From positions 1,302,001 through 1,366,000 of the forward strand of contig NW_027270975.1 of the NCBI RefSeq assembly GCF_040938485.1: a stretch of 64,000 nt of DNA, read 5' to 3'. The notes beneath the pieces are model-generated. The model was not told the DNA's origin. It did no database searches and saw only the letters and a program-made list of their open reading frames with translations. A program made the translations under genes and the position numbers. Shown here in pieces: positions 1-11,700 of this stretch (positions are counted from its first letter, which is position 1; the number at the start of each line of letters is the position of its first letter). This DNA is from Diadema antillarum. Taxonomy: Eukaryota.

Positions 1-240
1 TTTGATATTTTCAAACTGTCTTTCTGTTTATAAGCTTTATCTCTCTTTCTCTCTGTCTACAAAATGACCACTACATATATGAATGTATAGCATGGATGCT
101 TGTATTCCTGTACATATCTATGCATGTTTATATGTACCTCTAAGCTTTATTGTTCCATGTTGTGACTTACTGTAGTCAATCAATTTATGAATCTCTTATA
201 TATATGTATGTTTATATGAATGACATGAAATGAAATAAAA

Positions 241-2584
241 ACTAGAGATTGTAATTTGTCATCACTGACAAATTAAGGTGATCCGATTTTTTTTTTAATC
301 AATGATTCGAGTCCTGATCGTAATAGGCATGACAATACAAGTTTCATCTGTGTTTAGAGACATTGGCCGTGTGAGGTTTGGATTCTCATTTAGAAAAGGG
401 AGTCATATCTGCCATCTTTGGTACCAATTCTGTATACACTGAATAACGAAGATACAGCAACGAATACATATGACCTTTGACCCACCTTTACACTCCCAAG
501 ATGGCATCTGAGAAAAAAGTGGTTATTTTGTGAAATGATTCTTGCGACATCGTCTATATTCGTGTGCAAAATATGGCAAAGATAGGACAGGTATTCACCA
601 AGATGCAAAATGCAAAGTCTTAGGTACAACATAAAATCTGGGAGAAATTCACCGAAGGGTAAGTGAGAGCTAGTGCTCGATAAAGAAAAGCATGTCGATT
701 TTCACATTAAAAAAAAATCCCTCCCATAGAGATAACACGTCATAACGAAAATACAGAAAGAAGTACATATGACCTTTGACCTCACTTTGCACACCCAAGA
801 TGGCGTCTGAGCAAAAAGTGGTTATTTTGTGAAATGATCCTTGTTACATGGTCTTTGTGTGTGCAAAATATGGGAAAGATAGGACATGTATTCACCAAGA
901 TACAGGATGAAACATTTATGACCTTTGACCTTAATTTACATACCCAAGATGGTGTCTGATCAAGTAGTTGTTATTTTATGAAATAATGTACGTGACATGA
1001 ACTAAACATGTGCAAAATATGGGATTGATAGCCATTGTTGTTGTTCATCTATTGCACAGAAAGTAGTAGAAAGAAAGAAAAATAAAGAAAAAAATATGTT
1101 ATTTTATAGAAATTTGAAGGAGAAGCATAAAAAAATCAGAAAAAGATAAAGTTAGGAAGGGAGATTAAGACTAACTAAAGAAAAAGAAGAAAAAAAGTGT
1201 TTAAAAAAATGAAAAAAAAATATTGGCAGGGGTGAGCCTCGAACCAGGGACCTTAGGATTACGAGTCGGATGCGCTATGCAATGACCTATTTCATGCTCC
1301 ATAGGCCCTGTGTATTAAGCAAAATGACGCTGCATCGAAGCCACGTGCCATTTTCAACCAAGTTTTTCGACGTGATGCCGACGTCGTATGAAAAAATGAA
1401 GGGCACATTTACGATAGCCCAAAGTCTCAGCTACAACATACTAAAATCTGGGAAAAATTCACCGAAGCAAAAGTGAGCTAGTGCTCGAAAGAGAGAGTCA
1501 TGTCAATTTTCACTGCCAGAAAAACTGCTCTCCCATAGAGATAACACGTAAACTGGTCAAATTCTACAAGGATACATTCAATCCATATTTACGAGGCGAT
1601 GACATCATCCAATCAAAATGTTGTTTTTACATTAATGAAAGAACATTTCATAAGCTACAACATACTGAAATATGGGAGAAAATTGGCAGAGGATAAGTGA
1701 GATACGCTCGAGTAAACTTGTAATTTGATGACGTCATTTTGAAAATTTACTTTTTTTACTTTATTAAGAAATTTGATATCTTTTAATCATTTTGTCAGCA
1801 TTGCCTACCCATGAAATGACATGTACAACTCATCAGCTTTCAATATATGTAAAGAAAATGGGGGGTCACCGTCCATCCTGACGAGTAAAATCTGATTTAA
1901 AATTGGCAGTTTTTTGGCATAGTTGCACTGTATATCGCCATTGACGCGCGCGCGGAATTTCAACTTTGACGGCCCCGTATGACGTCATATTGAGTCGGAT
2001 TGACTTGAAACGTGGCATAAATATTCCTTGACATTTCAGACATGCGATCAAAGTGAAAAAACTGGAAATTTCAATTGCATATGAGCTGTGTGTGCGTATA
2101 TGCGCGCGCGCGTACGCGTCCGTCCGATTTTTTCAATTTTTCAAAAAATGCTCCAAATGGTCTGAAACGTGTGCAAAAAAATTTTGAGCTCGATTGGAGC
2201 ATACAAATATTTCAACGCGCGCGTACGCGCACGTTTTAAGAGAAAATATGAATTTTGAGAACATGAGTAGAATGCGCATAACTTTAAATATATGTGACGT
2301 AAATTTCATTGAAAAATTCTATTTCATTAATGAGATATGATTGAGAATGTGTTTTCATATAATGACGTCATAGTGACGTCACGGTCGACTGATCACAATG
2401 ATACATTAGATTTGCCGTCTTTGGGACATGATGCATACATGATATAATTTTGAAATTGACAGGCAGCGGACTTTCTGAGCTAACCTCTGCACAACTTTTG
2501 AGGAGAAATAAAGAAGAAGAAGAAAAACAAAGAATCCGTACAGATACAGAAGGTGATCCGAGAGGATACTCGGATCACCTAATT
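241..2584 (-). mobile_element. Non-autonomous Helentron/DINE-1-like (HINE) element, about 2.35 kb
   Basis: 12-bp perfect palindrome aggtgatccgag-N6-ctcggatcacct at 2551-2580; same subTIR aggtgatccga at 276-286 next to a separate 9-bp stem-loop (253-274); (GAA)n near one end; internal dispersed repeats; T-rich flanks on the minus strand. Confidence 0.7.
1222..1280 (-). pseudogene. tRNA-like fragment inside the Helentron-like element
   Basis: Reverse complement reads ...tagcgcatccgactcgtaatcctaaggtccctggttcgaggctcacccctgcc, with a GGTTCGA T-loop/B-box and degenerate anticodon arm; no intact cloverleaf. Confidence 0.4.
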
Positions 2585-2715
2585 AGGTAACCTATGCACA
2601 TTAGAGAGTCTATACTTATGGGAGTGTCATCTCTTTTTCCCTACCAGACCTGCTGGTAAACTCAGAAGTTTGTCAGTCTAAAGTGAAGTTTATTTTTCAC
2701 TTCTCTCCTGTCCAG

Positions 2716-2769
2716 CCTGGTAATGAAAAACTGAAACAAGGGTCTCCAAAGTCTCCGAGATCCCCGAGG
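2716..2769 (+). CDS. TNS: Tensin exon, 54 nt, phase 0/0: PGNEKLKQGSPKSPRSPR
   Basis: Acceptor tttatttttcacttctctcctgtccag, donor AGG|gtaagt; in frame with the phase-0 acceptor at 7607 and the same SP-rich composition. Confidence 0.75.
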
Positions 2770-5700
2770 GTAAGTCATTATTTGCAGTGATGGGGAGACA
2801 AGTGTTTTTATGCAGGTCTAGTGGTAGCCTGACTGCTATTCCCGTATCAATACCATTCCTAATGCTGAAAAAAGGGAAACAGTCTTGAAGAGAAGTTACC
2901 AGCTCCAGTAGCCCTTTGGCAGACATGCATATGCAGGCTTATGTTTAAAGTATTTTAGGTTTTACTTTTCCTGGGCTACTTAGTACACCATGCATTCACT
3001 ATCTATCCCACCCCAAGCCTGAAGGTTTGTTGGGACTTGTTCTAAATTGTTGAAGAAGGGATCTTATTCACGGGAAGGAGTTTCTAGATTAGTGAAAATT
3101 TTACCAAAATAAGGTGACTAGCAACAGAGTTGACAGAGAATCAAATGTGAGTATTCATTGAACCTGTTGAGGACGAGTCCCGAGTATACTCCGGCAAGTG
3201 TCTATGAGAAATGCGTGTTGTAGCAAATCAGCCCGTCCTCAATGGGTTAACATGGTCCTTTTTAAAATACAATGTTTGTAGGCTGTCAGCAAGGCATAGA
3301 GTTGGTCATACATATGTCTGTGGTATTGCTCACTGGAGGCTAATCTTTAAAGGGATCGTACAGTTCTGGTTGAGACCTAATTTCAGGTTTCTAACATTTT
3401 TAGGTGAGATAATGAAAAATCTCATATGAAATATGAAAGAGCATGCAATTTTATGAGGAATTCAATGTTTATTTGATAAAAATTGGTTTTGAAATGGCCG
3501 AGATATCCAAAAAAGAACGATTCTAGTACAGTGTGGGACCCACACTTTGTAACGATCGCTTTGTTTTACTTTGTTTTTGGATGTTTCAGTTATTCCAAAC
3601 CCGATTTTCATCAAATAAACTATGAATTCCTCTTAAAACGGTAGGCTCTGTACTATATCATAAGTGTTTTCTTGGTATCTTGCAAAAATTTAAAAGCCTA
3701 ATTCTCATCTCAACCAAAACTGTACTATCCCTTTAACAATTCCTTCACATTTTTACCTCCATCTTGGTCATTTCTCTCTGGCCAGTGGCTTAGTTTATTC
3801 TTTTGTCTGACTGACATGACTGGAGTTAACTCAAACAGAACATGGCAAATGTAATCAATATTGGACAAGAAATAAGGACACTGGAGAATATGTTAAAATG
3901 TCACACTGTTTCCCAGAATCGTGATTTTATCACAGTCACAACAGCAAATTATATTTTATGCACAAACCAGTGGAGCAATCATGAGGCAATGACATTGTCA
4001 TCAATGTCTCATTTGCACACATCATTTTGATTAATGTCGCTGTTTTACATAACAACATCAACTTCTAATATTTCATGGTAAAACTTTCTGTGTTTGTTGG
4101 TCAAAGGTTATTGATATCTTTGTCTGTTTTGTTCTTGTGCCTGTTTTCAGTCAGTTAGGTTGAATACAGGTGGTGTTTCCCTTTAAAAAGTGTCTGCAGA
4201 CTGAAGACTGAATTGCAAACATTGTGTTTACTCAGCACAGAGTGACCTTTGCATTGCTACTGCATACAATAAACAAATGTTTCCAAATGTTTTGACGCCA
4301 AATGTGCAGGTTGAAAGTAGAAGATATACAAGTTGTCCATTTAGTCTTGACAGTAGGTAATATCTGCGCTTCTAGTAATAATCCATGAAATAAAATATGA
4401 TCTGTGCATGAAGCACTGGCACGTGTAATGGTGCAGGAAAAAGAGCGAAATTAGGCCTACATGTCCCGTTTACATAAAAATCGCTCTCCCCCACAGCGTG
4501 CCCTTTGAGCTTTTATGCTAAGTTTATTAACCTTCACACCTACACACAAATCAGGAAGAGAAGCGATCCTGGTATAGATAAATTTGCCAAAAGCACTTCA
4601 GATGCCCGCTTTTGGCATTACATGTTGTCATCAGATGAAATCCAGTCATTCTGAAAAGTAGTCAGAGTGTTATGCCACGATGTGCTGTGATATTATCCAG
4701 GCAATAAATTCTTGTTAGAGTGAAATACCTGCCTACCTGCTTGCCACCACGTAGGCAAGGCACCTCAATATCAACTTTCACCTCTTGGAGCCAGAGGAAA
4801 TTTTGAGGAACATCATGAAAGCATAATGGAAAGCATATATTCTACCCCTTCCATAGCCTGGTAAGCGAAGAGAGATACCAAATACCGTGTGCTGTGTGAG
4901 CAAATGAAGTTCAGAAAAGGAAATATTTGAGTGATCACTCTTTGGATTTTATATAAATGAATGAATAAATAGATATATATATTCATGTAACATTCATGCA
5001 TAGTTTTCTCTATCCTTCCTAGTGATGGTTGTCATGATTGTAAGTTTTTCTTCTTAAGGGTAATCTGCTTCTCTCAATCCTGAAGATTATTGCAGGTACC
5101 CACATTTAGTTTGGTAGTTTTCATTGTCTTATCATTTTTTGCATTATCTCTTGTGATTCAGAAGATGAAATTTGTTTAAGCCTAGAACATTGTCCCAAAA
5201 TGTTATAATTTCAATGTGAAGTTTTTTTTTTTAATCTTGTTTTGTACATTTTCACAATTCATTTAATATATCTGTTCTTTGTCTCACTCATTTTTTAAGT
5301 AGTTAAGTAATAAACTAGAAGAGACAAACGGATGGAAGTCTTATTAAGATCAGACACAGCACACAGAATATTTTAAAGTTTCTCATGTTTTCCTTGAACG
5401 GTAGTATTCGGGTTTTTTTTCAGATATTCAAATTAGATGGGCTTGATATTAAAGCCTCTCAAGTTTGCCATTTGGTTGAGGGTCTGGACTTTCCAACAAT
5501 TTCACAAGGGGTTAAATTTGCAACTGTGTAGCACACTAATGAACACAAAAATGTACGCTTGCATGTCACATTCATGTCGAGATCAGAGTTTATATTTTCG
5601 CACATCCTTAAATTCACTAATACCACAAGAGATGTGAAATTTACAAAAATGAGAACCTCACTAATTGTGTGGCATATACAATACTGTAAAAGTGGGTGTA

Positions 5701-8700
5701 TTAATGTGAGTAATCTTTTGCACTCAGCCAAGATGAGTTTCATGTGTTTTTAATTCAGCAGAATCAAAACATTAACTACTGGAATATATAGCAATAGCCA
5801 TGGGGGCAGTCCAGAAACTTCACACCATATGGAGTTCAACAAATATTAAGTCATCAACAAAGACCGAATTATACAGGGCACTAATTCTCCCTATATTACT
5901 ATATGGAGCAGAGACATGGACACTCAGGAAAGAAGATGAAAACCGCCTGATGACTTTTGAAATGACATGCCTGCGGAAAATATGTGGCGTAACACGAATG
6001 GATAGAATAAGGAACACCACAATAAGGAACCAATTGAATGCAACAAGAACAGTATTAAATAGAATCTCCCAAAGAAGACTACGATATTTTGGACATCTCA
6101 TACGTATGCCGGTAACACGCCTTCCTAAATTAGCAATGGAGGGAAGAATTTCTGGTAAGAGACCACAGGGAAGACCACCAAAGAGATGGACAGACTGTGT
6201 AAAAACAGACTGTAGGAGCACAAACATATGCTCACTAGTAGAAGCCTGTCATCTAGCCAGCAACCGCCAAGAATGGCAGGACATCATGAAGCGGATGCCA
6301 CCACTCAACCCTTTGTTGGAGTGAAAGGCATAGGTCAAGGTCATATATAGCAATCAAAAATCTTTGCATGTTTTTATTTTCCACTCGTTTCTGGTTGTGC
6401 GAAATGTGCAAAAATTTCAACTCCACGAAAATGTCCAGTTACAGTATTTCTTTGACCTATCTCTCAGAGTCACTTGAACACAGAGTGGACTTTCCTTTTA
6501 AATAAGGGAAAATCTACAGACCAACAGAATTAAACTGGTGCACACATCAGAAATTATCTAGGTCTGAAAGGGATGCAGATGAGTGAATTATATTCCACTG
6601 GCTCTAACTTTTTTTTTTCTGCAAATGAAATTGGTAGTGGGGGTGAAGATAATCCCTGACCTTTGAAGTAAATGTTAAGGTCATGAGGAAAATTTCAATC
6701 TGAAAAGAGAAAACTTGGTCCAGAAAAGTATCTCATTTGCTATCAGATAAAAAGTATCAGGCAATATCTCCATGAAGAGATAATCTTAATAAAGAGTGAC
6801 AATGTGTCTCGTACAATCATCACCTGATGTGGGAACACACTTGTTTATAAGGCAGGAACAACATGCAAGTAATATGCTTAGTTGTCCAGGTAACAGTACT
6901 CTCCCCCTCCCTGCTATTATAAACAACCTTTCCATCCCACCCCCTCCCAAAGATGCTCCCTTGCTATTCAGTTCCTTTCCTAACTTTGCCCTCTTCTACT
7001 CCTTAAACATCCTTGTCACCCCCACTCTCCACCAGCTTGATGTACCCCTTACCTACCCTTGAACACCACTCTTCTCTACCCTCCAAACACCCTTCTCTAT
7101 CCTTTAACTACCTTACCCTACCCCTCAAACTCCTTTATCGACACCCCTGATACCACCAGTTCTCCCTATATGTCTCAAAAACTCCAAGAATGTGAGAGGT
7201 CTGATCCCACAGTGATGAAATTATACGAAGAGAATGATTACAATGAAACTGCAGAAGTAGTTGCAAAAGCTCTAGCTCCAACTGAGTTAAAAGTAAGCAG
7301 CACCAAATGTTACCATGGTTTCATTAAGTCTGTTGGAATTCTGTCAGCCAAATGATTGTGTTTGCCTCACATGCAGGCTTTCTGTACTGACAATTGATGA
7401 ATGTTGTGCCTTCAATTCACAAAATGCCAGAAACTGAGACTTAATTTCTGCGCAATGGGAGATACGAATTGAACTAGAAAAATAATAATAAAAACATTTT
7501 TCCAAGTTTCCATTACATTTAACCTTTTCATATCCTGATTTCTAAAAAGTCAGGAAAAAAAGAATGTCATACATTTCATTCATTCTCCCCATGCAAATTT
7601 ATCCAGACATCACCAGAAGGTAAGAGTGGTGTAGGATCACCCAGTGAGAACCGCCGCCGAAGGTCACCGTCTGCACCTTCCACACCAACCTCACCAACCC
7701 CTCCTTCAACCCCCAAGTTGCAACCAGTGCCTGTGACCAAAAAAATGATGCAGCAACAGCAACAGCAACCACAACAACATCAGCAACAGCATCTGCAACA
7801 CCAAGAATCACCCAAGCTGCAACAGGCAACTGTCACCGTCCAACACTCTGTGGCCAATGTACAACACGCACCGACCACCATGAACATGATGCAACCACAA
7901 GTTACGCACACCAAGACCATCGGAATCAAGTGGGTCACAGTTTTTTGTCACCAAAACTGTCCTGTATTCTAGTGGCTACACCAGTCTTGATTTCCCTTGT
8001 GATACATGACACAAGGAGGTTTTGTAACGTGTGTGAACAAATGACAATAAGTTTGAAACTGTCCATTTCCATTATCATCTCCCGTAACTTCACTTCAAAT
8101 TAATTTTCTTATGCAGTCATAATAACTTGGTTTCAAACCAACACATAGAAGCCTGCATAACGTCTGTATCAATGTAGATAGATGTACATGTAACATATAT
8201 TTTGAGAAATAAAAATTATTTGGTAGAGGTAAGTGCACTTTCTTTCTCTTCTTCTCAGGAACCCAATGGCAAATGAAATTGATAACATCAGTATGAAAAT
8301 CATTTGACATCATTAGCCAGAATACACATTGGAATATCACTGAAACAGTATTATGTTTCAATCCATTTAAACAAAAGTTGTGGGCAAGAATTATATTTTC
8401 ATGTCAAAGTGTTATGTACACAACGAATATAAGTAAATATCTGGCCAGAATAAAGGAGGAAACTGCACACAGTGTGTGTGAACACAATCTTGTGCATGTA
8501 AGTTTTGTACATGTTCACTCTAAAGATCCCAAACAAGAGGGGCAATCAAGGATTGAAATTGTATGACTTTTGTCTTTGCCAAAGACTCAAATTCCAAATG
8601 AGGGTATCTTTGTCAGTTTTACGCATAATATATAAAATTTTTGTTGCTTTTCAGGAGTGGAGATGGACTTGTAAGGTACTCGTTTGAAATAGAAGTGGAT

Positions 8701-11700
8701 TACATTACTGAGAGATTAATTGGTAAGTTGCACACATCAATTATGTTGCAGAAAATAAATACTGTAAAACGAGGAATGTTTGCATGCATTTTAATTTCAC
8801 AAATTTTGTGAGCGCCAAGATTCGCGAAATTCAAATGCACGCGAAAGTTCTTGTCGACACTATGTGCATTGAATGCCAGTGGCAGTTCGCGAAAATTTCA
8901 TGCCGCAAAAAAGGCTGTTGGCTCCAATTCGCAAAAGATTCATGCCGCGAATATATCATGTTTTACAGGACTGTGCAATAAAAGTTTTGGTACATTTTGT
9001 GTCTTGATAGAGACATACTGTAAAAGTGGATATTTTCGCGTGACTAATTTTTCACGCTTGGCCGGGTTAGAAGAGTTTCGCGTGTTTTTAATTCCGCGGA
9101 ATCAAGACATCAGGCACAGGAACATATATGGCAAGCAAAAATATTCACATGCTTTTATTTTCGCGCTAGTTTCTGGTTGCGCGAAATGTGCGAAAATTTC
9201 AACACCGCGAAAATTTCCACTTTTACAGTACATGATACTCTTGTCAACGACAAAGATGGTTTGTATAAGATGTTTATTCATTTCAAGCATTCAATTGCAA
9301 TTCTTAGACTAAAAAAAAAAAACACAGCTGTTCAAAGTATTGCGATCATTAATTTCATGATTGGGATTTCTCCAGCGAGCTACAGAGTTGCTATGGTAAC
9401 CCTGTGTTAGGGAGTATCTAAATCATCGTTAAAAATCATGCGTTTGCCCTTTGAAAATCATTCGTGAAAAATGAGTAACCTTCATAGTACAGTGCAATAA
9501 TTTTCTCAGCATTGAGTTTCGATATGGGCTGCCCCCATATTACTCTTGTACTGTAGAATCTGACAGTAGATATGTATAGATGGATATAGATATGATCCCC
9601 AGTTTCAATGGACTTTGAGATTTGATGCTGCCACAACAATTCTCATCCAATTCAGATACCACAGGCTTCTAACAGATCAGTTACATCTCTATGTATAACT
9701 TCATGGTAGTGGTGATATGACTTGTAATCGTGTCGTAGATCTTATTCTACCATGACCTGTGTGACAGCAAATATGTTTTTAATAATCAGAAGGTTTGAAG
9801 TATAATTGCCTCATCATGATATGTGAAGTTAACTCCATCTCCCTCATTCTATCATGGTGTGTTTTTCCTCACATTGCTTTACCTTTGTCTTCTCTAGCCG
9901 TGTCTTTCCCCGCTGGTGGTCTGGAGAACCAGTACCGTAGCAACCTGCGGGATGTCGTACGGATGCTACAGAACAAGCATCAAAACAGCTACGTCGTCTT
10001 CAACCTCTCCAGGAGGCGACATGATATCGCCAAGCTCAACCAAGAGGTGCACATTTATTCTCTCTCTTCCCCTCCCACTCCCCCTCCCATGCAAGCATTC
10101 TCCCTCCCCATTCTTCTCCCTTTCTCTAGCTGTCCATCAACTTCATCTGACTTTTTTTTATTCTTAGCCAGCTCTTCAATCTCTCCTCGATTTACAAATC
10201 AGGGTGTTTTTGTGTGTTTTTAATACCTTGGTTATCTCTGTGTGCTGCTTGTTTGTTGCTATTGAGGAAGTGACTATAAATAGTCAAATCTGACTGACTG
10301 AAATAACTATTTCTTTATTCCTTTAATCTGTGATTGGCAAATACAACTAAGAGACATGTTGTTTTTTGGTTACTTCATAAAGTATTCAAGTAGTGATGTG
10401 TCACAGAATATCAAAATGCTGAGTTACAGTCTTTTCTGTTCGTGAAGATACATGTATAAATATCAAACAACCCCATTGTGTCAATGAACTTTTCTTGTCA
10501 CTCTGATATTTCTTCATCACTTCATGTTCTGATATTTCTTCATCACTTAATGTTAAGCAGAGTGGAATGCAAATCAAATGACATGGGGGATTGTATTGCC
10601 AGAAGCCAATGTGAAATGTTGATGCAAAACAAAGACAAAGAGCTCTCATTGAACCCTTGAGGAATATGAGGCTTTTGGATCAGTTGCTAAATGCAGTTTG
10701 ATTTGTTGCAAGTTTCTTCATCAGAGAAGGTGATTCATGGCAAATGCTGGCCAAGAGGGAGAACAGATCTTTATTTAATGAATTCATGTCACATTACAGT
10801 CATCAAAACCTCATTGAAGGCATACTAATGATGTCAGTCATTCATATTCCTTTCACATCTTGTTTCTAAAAGTGTACTTCCAACCAGCGATGAATCCATT
10901 AATGCAAATAATCATCATTTGCTAAGTATCATGGGGTTGGAAATTGAATCTTAGAGAGAAATGCATTTATCTAATCTTACAAATAAAAGTGCAGGACACA
11001 TGCATCATTTACATTCAGCCCATGCTGTATATATGTGCCATTTGAATGATGAGACTGATTCATGTTTTCTGTGATTACAAGAAGAGTTAATTGGCACAAT
11101 TAAAGAAATCTATTTAAAAAATGATTGCAGTCAAGGCTCATTTGGGAACATATTGGTGATATGAGCTTGAATTTTACATATTCTAGTCCAGTATGCCATT
11201 CTTCAGAGAAGATTTTGAGAAACTTTGGAAGTTTGTTGCCTTTACTGTGCAGCTTCACACCATTTTCAAGTTGTTGGTTTTTCTTTTGTAATGAAGAGTA
11301 AAGTCAGATAGACATAATGGCAGAGACTTCATCAAAATCAGACCTGAAATCAGAAACTTACAGAATTGTAAAGTTGCCCCATGTTTTCACAAGTCAGTGA
11401 ATGTTAGTCACAACCACGTACTCCGAATGGCAGAGAAGATTTCATTAGTAATGCATACTTTACATGTATGCCTTTCAAGAGATCCATCCACAGCGCAAGA
11501 TATTGAAATTCAAAAGATTGTGAGCCACTCTTTTTTTTTGTATTTTAACAAAGGATCTGAATGTGTTCCCACAAATTAAGAGAAGTGAATGAAGAATATA
11601 CATGGTATATTTTGTTATGACTAGTGACATGTAAGGTTACCTCCTTTTCTGAACTATTTCGATGACATTGAGAATATCGCATTTTTAAAAAAGTCTTAAT

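Noticed and set aside
4151-5095. Tiny AG...GT pairs at 4151 and 5086 as microexons
   Set aside because: Weak donors or incompatible phases; expected by chance.
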